NCBI RefSeq assembly: GCF_000009705.1
Contig: NC_003272.1
Coordinates: 4,260,001 to 4,292,000, forward strand
Direction of reading: 5' to 3'
Source: Nostoc sp. PCC 7120 = FACHB-418
GTDB taxonomy: Bacteria; Cyanobacteriota; Cyanobacteriia; Cyanobacteriales; Nostocaceae
Length of the DNA stretch: 32,000 bases
The notes beneath the pieces were generated by a model that was not told the DNA's origin, did not search any database, and worked only from the letters and a program-made list of their open reading frames with translations. A program made the position numbers and the translations under genes. Shown here piece after piece: positions 11,767 to 18,740 of this stretch (positions are counted from its first letter, which is position 1; each line of letters starts with the position of its first letter).

Positions 11767-11832
11767 GTTCTATTTTGAATTACAGTCTTCCGGATAAATT
11801 GCATCAAAGGTATGCTGTGGTTCATTTCCAAT

Positions 11833-11898
11833 AAAAAACCCCTAGTGGTGGCAGCCAACTAGGGGAGTTAGTTATCAGGGTGCATCTACCAATTAATT
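11833..11898 (-). ncRNA. nsiR1: NsiR1 copy (diverged terminator loop)
   Basis: TCCGGA at 11921-11926, 22 nt, then AATTAATTGGTAGATGCACCCTGATAACTAACTCCCCTAGTTGGCTGCCACCACTAGGGG + U6. Confidence 0.8.
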
Positions 11899-11960
11899 GT
11901 TCTCTGATTCAACAGGATGTTCCGGATGAAATTGTCACAAATGAAGTTGCTTTTTTTTAC

Positions 11961-12029
11961 AAAAAAAGCCCTTACAAGTGGCAGCCACTGGGGAGAGTTA
12001 TTTATTAGGGTACGTTCATCAAAATAATC
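11961..12029 (-). pseudogene. Degenerate NsiR1-like unit (no TCCGGA, core mutated)
   Basis: The A7 + gcccttacaagtggcagccactgggg terminator-like part is retained. The body reads gggtacgttcatcaaaataatc instead of gggtgcatctaccaattaattg. It abuts a T8-AC-A7 palindrome (11949-11969). Confidence 0.55.
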
Positions 12030-12097
12030 GGTTTTCCATCAGCAATCAGATATTTTCAACAATCTTATGATCAAAGAAGTTACTGATTGCTAAACAT

Positions 12098-12166
12098 AAA
12101 AAAAGCCCCCAGTCGGTGTTAGCCAGCTAGGGGAGTTAGTTATCAGGGTGCATCTACCAATTAATT
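12098..12166 (-). ncRNA. nsiR1: NsiR1 copy (consensus body)
   Basis: TCCGGA at 12189-12194, 22-nt spacer, 62-nt consensus body, hairpin CCCCTAGCTGG/CCGACTGGGGG, U7. The unit 12098-12230 is identical to 12628-12760. Confidence 0.85.
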
Positions 12167-12230
12167 GTTCTACCCATATTCACTCAATTCCGGATGAATC
12201 TGCACGATTATGCTGGCTATTTATGAACAT

Positions 12231-12299
12231 AAAAAAAGCCCCCAGTCGGTGTTAGCCAGCTAGGGGAGTTAGTTATCAGGGTGCATCTACCAATTAATT
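12231..12299 (-). ncRNA. nsiR1: NsiR1 copy (consensus body)
   Basis: TCCGGA at 12322-12327. Identical body. U7. Confidence 0.85.
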
Positions 12300-12363
12300 G
12301 TTCTATCCATATTCACTCAATTCCGGATGAATCTGCACAATGATGCTGGTTATTTATGAACAT

Positions 12364-12431
12364 AAAAAAGCCCCCAGTCGGTGTTAGCCAGCTAGGGGAG
12401 TTAGTTATCAGGGTGCATCTACCAATTAATT
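12364..12431 (-). ncRNA. nsiR1: NsiR1 copy (consensus body, U6 tail)
   Basis: TCCGGA at 12454-12459. Identical body. A6 tract at 12364-12369. Confidence 0.85.
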
Positions 12432-12495
12432 GTTCTATCCATATTCACTCAATTCCGGATGAATCTGCACAATGATGCTGGTTATTTATGAACAT

Positions 12496-12563
12496 AAAAA
12501 AGCCCCCAGTCGGTGTTAGCCAGCTAGGGGAGTTAGTTATCAGGGTGCATCTACCAATTAATT
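12496..12563 (-). ncRNA. nsiR1: NsiR1 copy (consensus body, U6 tail)
   Basis: TCCGGA at 12586-12591. Identical body. A6 tract at 12496-12501. Confidence 0.85.
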
Positions 12564-12627
12564 GTTCTATCCATATTCACTCAATTCCGGATGAATCTGC
12601 ACGATTATGCTGGTTATTTATGAACAT

Positions 12628-12696
12628 AAAAAAAGCCCCCAGTCGGTGTTAGCCAGCTAGGGGAGTTAGTTATCAGGGTGCATCTACCAATTAATT
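12628..12696 (-). ncRNA. nsiR1: NsiR1 copy (consensus body)
   Basis: TCCGGA at 12719-12724. Identical body. U7. Confidence 0.85.
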
Positions 12697-12760
12697 GTTC
12701 TACCCATATTCACTCAATTCCGGATGAATCTGCACGATTATGCTGGCTATTTATGAACAT

Positions 12761-12829
12761 AAAAAAAGCCCCCAGTCGGTGTTAGCCAGCTAGGGGAGTT
12801 AGTTATCAGGGTGCATCTACCAATTAATT
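12761..12829 (-). ncRNA. nsiR1: NsiR1 copy (consensus body)
   Basis: TCCGGA at 12852-12857. Identical body. U7. Confidence 0.85.
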
Positions 12830-12893
12830 GTTCTATCCATATTCACTCAATTCCGGATGAATCTGCACGATTATGCTGGCTATTTATGAACAT

Positions 12894-12962
12894 AAAAAAA
12901 GCCCCCAGTCGGTGTTAGCCAGCTAGGGGAGTTAGTTATCAGGGTGCATCTACCAATTAATT
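12894..12962 (-). ncRNA. nsiR1: NsiR1 copy (consensus body)
   Basis: TCCGGA at 12985-12990. Identical body. U7. The upstream flank diverges after 13012. Confidence 0.85.
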
Positions 12963-13027
12963 GTTCTATCCATATTCACTCAATTCCGGATGAATCTGCA
13001 CAATGATGCTGGTTACTCGGTAATCAT

Positions 13028-13075
13028 AAAAAATCCCTAGTCCATATTTGCAAACTAGGAAATTAATGATGAGAC
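13028..13075 (-). pseudogene. Degenerate NsiR1-like remnant (terminator-like hairpin only)
   Basis: A6 + tccctagtccatatttgcaaactagga keeps a CTAG-containing hairpin. The GGTAGATGCACC core and TCCGGA are both absent. Confidence 0.45.
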
Positions 13076-13183
13076 TTTTTTACAAGTTAGACAAAATACT
13101 TATTCATTAAGGTCTGTCTTAGGGAATTGGTAAATTTTCCCTGCCCAAGACAGTAGAATAATCTAAGTATATGCTAGTTATAG

Positions 13184-13250
13184 AAAAAACCCCCAGTGGC
13201 TATCAACCAACTAGGGGAGTTAAAGATCAAGGTGCATCTACCGTTAAACT
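13184..13250 (-). ncRNA. nsiR1: NsiR1 copy proximal to hetF (diverged; probably the published NsiR1.1)
   Basis: TCCGGA at 13273-13278, 22 nt, then AGTTTAACGGTAGATGCACCTTGATCTTTAACTCCCCTAGTTGGTTGATAGCCACTGGGGG + U6. The promoter motif lies ~100 nt from the first possible hetF start codon, on the opposite strand. Confidence 0.8.
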
Positions 13251-13379
13251 GTTCTGGGCAGATGCTAACCAATCCGGATAAAGTTGTAGATGTAGAACCA
13301 GCAAAACCTTTGAGTGGAGAAACATTCAATGGCTTGCTGCATCTAGATTTACAGAAAAAATGGAAATCGAATTGAAACT

Positions 13380-15908
13380 TTGGCGTTTCAAGCTAGATTT
13401 AGGAGGCAGATAGGAGAAGTTGTGTCCCAGGAATTTCACATTTCTGTAACCCCAGTAGGGCAGAATGACTACTTGGTGCGGACGGAAGAAGTCGCGCCTG
13501 GGGTACCTTTGGCAGAAGAACTGGTGACATGGCCTGTAGCTGATTGGTTGGCGGCGGCTGGGCATTTGATGAATGACCCATTGAAATCAGTTTTACAGGG
13601 AGATGCGTTTCTTTCTATGGGGCGGGAAAGTGCGATCGCCCGCAACTCTGTTAATTTAGTAGCATTAGGTCAACAACTTTATAATGCACTGTTTCAAGGT
13701 ACTCTCAGAGATAGCTTGATTACAGCCCAAGGTATTGCTCAAAACCACCAACAAGTACTACGTTTACGGTTAGGTCTCAAGGATACTAGGTTAGCACGTC
13801 TGCCGTGGGAAGTGATGCACGCAGGCGATCGCCCCCTAGCAACAGGCCCTTATATTGCTTTCTCTCGTTACCAAAGCGGGATTTCACCCGTGTCTCGTTT
13901 GTCTTCGTCCAACAGACTCAAGCTGTCAGAAGATGGCGTTGTGAGAGTTTTAATGATCCTCGCATCACCCACAGATCAAGCAAGTTTGGAGCTACTGAAA
14001 CAAGAATCTATTCGACTGCAAGCAGAACTGCATCGTCAGCTACCCAGATCAATCGAAGGTGGTAATTATCTCCCAGAAATTGATCTCACCCTACTCAACC
14101 AGCCAGGGAGAGAAGAAGTAACCCAGGCTTTAGAACAAGGAAGATATCATGTTTTACACTACTCCGGTCATAGCAATTTAGGCGCGAACGGGGGTGAAAT
14201 TTATTTGGTCAGTAGCCGGACTGGCTTAACAGAAACCCTCTGTGGCGACGATTTAGCGGGTTTGTTGGTTAACAATAATATCCAAATGGCGGTGTTTAAC
14301 TCCTGTTGGGGTACCTACACCGCGAGCTTTGATAATAGTGGTGACACAGGAGAACGCAACCTTACAGATAGCTTAGTTAAGCGGGGTATTCAAAGCGTTT
14401 TGGCAATGTCGGAACGTATTCCTGATGAAGTGGCGCTGACTCTCACACAATTGTTTTATCGAAATTTGAGTCAAGGATATCCTGTAGATTTATGTGTGAG
14501 TCGGGTACGTCAGGGATTAATTTCTGCCTATGGTTCACACCAGCTTTACTGGGCATTACCAATTTTATATCTCCAACCGGAATTTGACGGTTTCCTTAAC
14601 CCTAGAGTTTCTGCGGCTACAAGTGTTGGTTCGCTGGATGAATATAGTTCATCTTTAGCAGCAAATACCGCATCTACTTACTCTGGTGTGCTGGATGATG
14701 GGGAAATGTCTTTACCGATTGAGGATATGATCCCCTCTGCTTTGGTGCATGACTCTTCAGGAGTGGACTGGTTAGGGGAAGAAACTTGGGGCGATCTCGT
14801 GGATGAGATTGAGTATGATGACCCAAGTTATGCAGAAGATTCGGCTTTTGTTTCTGATATATTTCGCCAACTAGATCAGCAAAGTATAGGTGATGAAGAA
14901 CCTGAAGTACCTCCAGAAGTTGGAAAATCTTTGCAAGGTAGTCATCTAGAACGGCCAATTGCGACTGCACCACGGGAAGATTTCTCCAGGATTCCACCTC
15001 CCGCAACTAATCATACTGCTCAAAACCTGAACCAAGACTTAGAAAATTTCCGCCTTCTTGCATCGAGAAATCGTGTCCGTCGCAAGCGTTGGCAGATTTT
15101 CGGGATGATTGGGCTGGGTGCGATCGCCACTATACTGATTTTTAGTTGGTGGCAAAGTCGCCAGACAACAGTAGTACGCGACATACCCCCCATTCCCAAC
15201 CCATCATTACCCGTGGAGACTCAGCCCCCAACAGATTTACGGGAAATGTCTACGGGAATGGTGACAGCTACAGCTACAGAAAAATTGAATCAAGGTGATT
15301 TAGATTCTGGACTAGCAGCTGTAGAAGAATTACTCAATCGCAACGCACTACAACCTGCCCAAACAGCATTACAATTAATTCCTTCCAATCAAGAAAAACA
15401 GGCATCAGTTAACTTCCTCAAAGGAAGATTAGCTTGGCAGTCTATCCAAACGGGAGATAAAAAATACAGTATTGATGATGCCCGTCGTTATTGGGAAATA
15501 GCGGTGAAAGCTAACCCAAACTCACTTTTATATACCAATGCTTTAGGGTTTGCTTATTATGCTGAGGGTAATATCAATCGAGCCAATGACTCTTGGTTTC
15601 AAGCATTAAATCTAGCACTAGAGCAAGAGAGCGCTGCTGATACTGTCGAAATTTCCCCTACCGCAGATGTGCCGATTGAGGCTTTACCGGCATATGCTGG
15701 TTTAGCATTGGGGATGTATAAAAATGCCCGTGATTTACCTCCCGATAAGCAGGCGCAATATATGAATGAAGCCCTCAAATTGCGGCAAACAGTTTTAGAA
15801 AAAGATCCCATCAATTTTCAGCTAGACGAATTGAGCAAAAATTGGCTATGGACAGAAAATAGTCTACGAGACTGGCGATCGCTTCTGCAACAAAAAAGCC
15901 CCAAGTAG
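13380..15908 (+). CDS. hetF: HetF, CHAT-domain (caspase-like) protease required for heterocyst differentiation. N-terminal CHAT domain, one TM segment, C-terminal TPR-like region.
   Basis: Caspase-hemoglobinase dyad contexts: HVLHYSGHS (His codon 14169-14171) and AVFNSCWG (Cys codon 14304-14306). TM segment WQIFGMIGLGAIATILIFSWW. Location directly next to the NsiR1 array. Start is uncertain: TTG 13380, GTG 13422 (GGAG 5 nt upstream) or ATG 13569. Confidence 0.88.
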   Translation: MAFQARFRRQIGEVVSQEFHISVTPVGQNDYLVRTEEVAPGVPLAEELVTWPVADWLAAAGHLMNDPLKSVLQGDAFLSMGRESAIARNSVNLVALGQQLYNALFQGTLRDSLITAQGIAQNHQQVLRLRLGLKDTRLARLPWEVMHAGDRPLATGPYIAFSRYQSGISPVSRLSSSNRLKLSEDGVVRVLMILASPTDQASLELLKQESIRLQAELHRQLPRSIEGGNYLPEIDLTLLNQPGREEVTQALEQGRYHVLHYSGHSNLGANGGEIYLVSSRTGLTETLCGDDLAGLLVNNNIQMAVFNSCWGTYTASFDNSGDTGERNLTDSLVKRGIQSVLAMSERIPDEVALTLTQLFYRNLSQGYPVDLCVSRVRQGLISAYGSHQLYWALPILYLQPEFDGFLNPRVSAATSVGSLDEYSSSLAANTASTYSGVLDDGEMSLPIEDMIPSALVHDSSGVDWLGEETWGDLVDEIEYDDPSYAEDSAFVSDIFRQLDQQSIGDEEPEVPPEVGKSLQGSHLERPIATAPREDFSRIPPPATNHTAQNLNQDLENFRLLASRNRVRRKRWQIFGMIGLGAIATILIFSWWQSRQTTVVRDIPPIPNPSLPVETQPPTDLREMSTGMVTATATEKLNQGDLDSGLAAVEELLNRNALQPAQTALQLIPSNQEKQASVNFLKGRLAWQSIQTGDKKYSIDDARRYWEIAVKANPNSLLYTNALGFAYYAEGNINRANDSWFQALNLALEQESAADTVEISPTADVPIEALPAYAGLALGMYKNARDLPPDKQAQYMNEALKLRQTVLEKDPINFQLDELSKNWLWTENSLRDWRSLLQQKSPK

Positions 15909-16127
15909 AGTACGGGAAGATGAGAGATTGGGGAGTGGAGAGTAACTGACAACTGAAGCATATAAAGATTTCATGAAGTGCAGGCTGGATAGTCGCTATT
16001 GTGAAAATTTGTAAAAGTACTTTGGGAAAACTAAATATGGGAATACTGCTTTTTGAGTAATTGGCTGAACTGTAATTGTTCGGAATGGAAAGTAGCAAAA
16101 ATACCTGAGGGCTAAAGGAACAAAATT

Positions 16128-17504
16128 ATGCTCGCTAATCAAAGCGTGAAAAACGGTCATGATTTGAGCCTGAAATTAGATTCTACGTTACAAGAATTAC
16201 CTGTGTGGGATGTTGAGGTGGAAATTCATCTTCCAGGTAACAAATTGATTAGCTTTTTTGAGCATGAGCCTTTATTGCCAGGAGTCATTTTAACTGATAA
16301 TCAGAAATTTGTAGGGATGATTTCACGACAGCGATTTTTTGAGTGTATGAGTCGTCCTTATAGTTTTGGCTTGTTTTCGATGCGCCCGATTGAAAGTCTC
16401 TACAATTTTCTCCAAGCACAAATTTTTATCTTTCCTGCCCATAAGTTAGTAACAGAAACTACTCAAGAAGCATTGCAGCGATCACCTCAATTTGTCTATG
16501 AACCAATTTTAGTGAAAAGTGCATCGGGAAAGCATGAGGTACTCGATTTCCATCAGCTGCTTTTAGCTAACTCCCAAATTCATGCTCTCACCCTAGAAAA
16601 ACTACAACACGTCAAAAAACAATCCCGAATAGCTAAGGCAGGATTTCGTGACCTGCAAAATAACTATACTCAACTATTGCAAAATGAGAAAATGGCGGCT
16701 TTAGGTCAGTTGGTCGCAGGTATTGCTCATGAAGTTAATAATCCCATCAACTTTATTGCTGGTAATCTTGTCCATACTATTGACTACACTCAGCAATTAC
16801 TCAACCTCATCAATTTATACCAACATAATTATCCCCATCCTGTAGAGGAAATTACAACTGCGATCGCTGAAAGTGAACTGGGCTTTATTAGCCATGATTT
16901 ACCTAATCTACTAACTTCTATGCGGAGTGGGTGCGATCGGATCGTACAAATTATTCGCTCTTTACGCAATTTCTCTCGTCTGGATGAATCTGATAGAAAA
17001 CTGGTGGATATTCATGAAGGTATTGATAGCACTTTGCTGATTTTACAAAGTCGGCTCAAAAACCCAAACATTACTCACCCTATTAACGTTATCAAAGAAT
17101 ATGAGAACCTGCCTTTAGTTGATTGCTATGCTGGTTTACTCAATCAAGTATTTATGAATCTTCTCAGCAATGCTATTGATGCTTTGGAAGAAGCTATAGT
17201 CAAATATTCAGGAATGGTAACCAAGCCACAAATTATCATTCGGACAGAAATTATAGATGATCAGCAAGTAGTAATTCGCATTGCTGACAACGGGATAGGA
17301 ATCCCAGAAGAGGCAAAACAGCGATTGTTTGACCCATTTTTTACGACTAAGCCTGTAGGTAAAGGTACTGGTTTAGGTTTATCTATCTGCCATCAGATTA
17401 TCGTTGAGAAACATGGTGGACAGATGGATTGTATATCTAGTTTAGGAAAAGGAGCCGAGTTCATTATTAAAATTCCACTCAAATTTAAAGTAGTCGGCAA
17501 ATGA
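16128..17504 (+). CDS. Sensor histidine kinase (soluble; uncharacterised N-terminal sensor domain)
   Basis: 458 aa. H-box [15 protein letters not shown]-box [10 protein letters not shown]1 DNGIGI, G2 GKGTGLGLS. No TM segment seen. No response regulator adjacent. Confidence 0.9.
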   Translation: MLANQSVKNGHDLSLKLDSTLQELPVWDVEVEIHLPGNKLISFFEHEPLLPGVILTDNQKFVGMISRQRFFECMSRPYSFGLFSMRPIESLYNFLQAQIFIFPAHKLVTETTQEALQRSPQFVYEPILVKSASGKHEVLDFHQLLLANSQIHALTLEKLQHVKKQSRIAKAGFRDLQNNYTQLLQNEKMAALGQLVAGIAHEVNNPINFIAGNLVHTIDYTQQLLNLINLYQHNYPHPVEEITTAIAESELGFISHDLPNLLTSMRSGCDRIVQIIRSLRNFSRLDESDRKLVDIHEGIDSTLLILQSRLKNPNITHPINVIKEYENLPLVDCYAGLLNQVFMNLLSNAIDALEEAIVKYSGMVTKPQIIIRTEIIDDQQVVIRIADNGIGIPEEAKQRLFDPFFTTKPVGKGTGLGLSICHQIIVEKHGGQMDCISSLGKGAEFIIKIPLKFKVVGK

Positions 17505-17588
17505 ATCAAGATTTTTACACAGAATACTTGCGTATATTGACTAGACCGTGTCAGGATCAATCTGCATGAACCAATAAAGTAATATCTT

Positions 17589-18044
17589 ATGAGAAAAAAA
17601 TGGGCAGTTAGCCTAATACTGCTGACAACTTTGGGAAATTTAGCTTGGTCATGGAGTGCTAGGGCTAATTTTAATGGCAAGCTGACTGTGGAAATTGATG
17701 GGTTAAAAAACAAACAAGGACAAGTTTGCGTCAGCATATTTACTAGTAGCCAAGGATTCCCCGGTGACCGCAAACGGGTATTCGATAGGCAGTGTACTCA
17801 GATTAACGAAACACCATTAAAACTTACTTTTAACAACTTAAAAGCAGGAACTTACGCTGTAGCAGCCATTCAAGACTTGAATGGTGATGGCACTCTTAAT
17901 CGCAATGACTTAGGTATGCCTGTTGAACCCTTTGGATTTTCACGTAACCCAGAAGTTCGCACCAGCGCCCCCAAATTTGGAGATGCCGCTTTTATTTTGG
18001 CAGGCCGCAACACTACTATTCAAGTCCAGATGAAAAAGTTGTAA
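17589..18044 (+). CDS. DUF2141-family secreted protein
   Basis: 151 aa. Signal peptide. DLNGDGTLNRNDLGMPVEPFGFSRNP resembles the DUF2141 signature (assignment from memory). Confidence 0.65.
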   Translation: MRKKWAVSLILLTTLGNLAWSWSARANFNGKLTVEIDGLKNKQGQVCVSIFTSSQGFPGDRKRVFDRQCTQINETPLKLTFNNLKAGTYAVAAIQDLNGDGTLNRNDLGMPVEPFGFSRNPEVRTSAPKFGDAAFILAGRNTTIQVQMKKL

Positions 18045-18053
18045 ATGAGGATT

Positions 18054-18740
18054 TTAACGAGAATCTTCTAGAGTACTGTCTGCTAGGCTTTTTTTATCTA
18101 CATTCCGCATTCTATTCATCTGAGTTAGGGCATACCTTGCTGTTGCCTGGACTTCAGCATCAGGGTCATCTAGGGCATGAGCTAACATCTGGCTCATCTG
18201 AGCCATCATGTCATAGACGCGAGTTAAATCACGAATTGCGTTTTGTCTAACTTGTGGGCTTTCGTCCTGCATGGAGACGGCAAAAGCCTTGTTGATTGGT
18301 TTGAGTGAACGGACGTTAATTTCTGATAAAGCAGCCAAAATTAAGTTCCGTTGTTGTGAATCGGCATCAATCAACATATTGACGAGTGGTTGAATTGCAC
18401 GCGAATCGCCCTGTTGTCCTAAATCCCAGATAGCTTTGTGTCGTTTTGTGGGGTCAGTACTACGTAAATCTTGAACTAACTCATCCACAATGTTGAGTTT
18501 AGCAAGACGTGAAGTTGTTTCTATGGGCATCACCGTCGCGGGGAATGATGCTGGCGCTGTTTGGGAAACGCTGGCTTGAGCAGTAGTTTCCTGATAATTA
18601 GATGTGTGTGCTAACTCTTGTAAAACTGGTGCAATGGGATCTTGCTGATTGGCACTTAAAGCTTTTTGTGGCGCTGTTTTGAGTTGCTTCTGTGGTTTTT
18701 TTGGGGTCAAACCGCCGTAATAAATATAAGATTGCGCCAA
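18054..18740 (-). CDS. HEAT-repeat (PBS-lyase HEAT-like) protein. Possibly the 3' portion of a frameshifted gene (see findings).
   Basis: 228-aa ORF starting only at a TTG that lies inside the TM-coding part of the upstream ORF. Contains HEAT-like repeats (DPTKRHKAIWDLGQQGDSRAIQPLVNML..., SPQVRQNAIRDL..., DPDAEVQATARYAL). Confidence 0.65.
   Translation of the reverse strand: MAQSYIYYGGLTPKKPQKQLKTAPQKALSANQQDPIAPVLQELAHTSNYQETTAQASVSQTAPASFPATVMPIETTSRLAKLNIVDELVQDLRSTDPTKRHKAIWDLGQQGDSRAIQPLVNMLIDADSQQRNLILAALSEINVRSLKPINKAFAVSMQDESPQVRQNAIRDLTRVYDMMAQMSQMLAHALDDPDAEVQATARYALTQMNRMRNVDKKSLADSTLEDSR

Larger units (their letters stand above)
11644..13278 (-). repeat. nsiR1: Tandem array of NsiR1-type sRNA cassettes (about 13 units: 10 with promoter motif, 3 promoterless or degenerate)
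   Basis: Head-to-tail repeats. Seven central units of 132/133 bp are nearly identical. TCCGGA occurs at 11789, 11921, 12189, 12322, 12454, 12586, 12719, 12852, 12985 and 13273. Each lies exactly 22 nt from the conserved RNA body. Confidence 0.9.

Noticed and set aside
12194-12226. A 10-codon mini-ORF in every repeat unit on the plus strand (ATGAATCTGCACGATTATGCTGGCTATTTATGA, MNLHDYAGYL, variant MNLHNDAGYL), starting inside TCCGGATG
   Set aside because: It has no Shine-Dalgarno sequence and lies in the spacer upstream of the minus-strand promoter. It is absent from the diverged units (11789, 11921, 13273 contexts differ). Most likely a chance ORF, though ribosome profiling could revisit this.
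11644-13278. Could the regular repeat array be a CRISPR locus?
   Set aside because: The whole 132/133-bp unit repeats, so there are no unique spacers between short repeats. Each unit carries a promoter motif and a terminator. No cas genes are in the window. The architecture fits tandem sRNA genes rather than CRISPR.
13326-13581. Minus-strand ORFs 13326-13565 and 13399-13581 opposite the hetF 5' end
   Set aside because: They are antisense to the conserved-looking HetF N-terminal coding region and have Pro/Arg/Ser-rich translations. No support.
15811-16098. 95-aa minus-strand ORF in the hetF/kinase intergenic region
   Set aside because: It overlaps the hetF 3' end in antisense. It has low-complexity hydrophobic sequence, no RBS and no motif.
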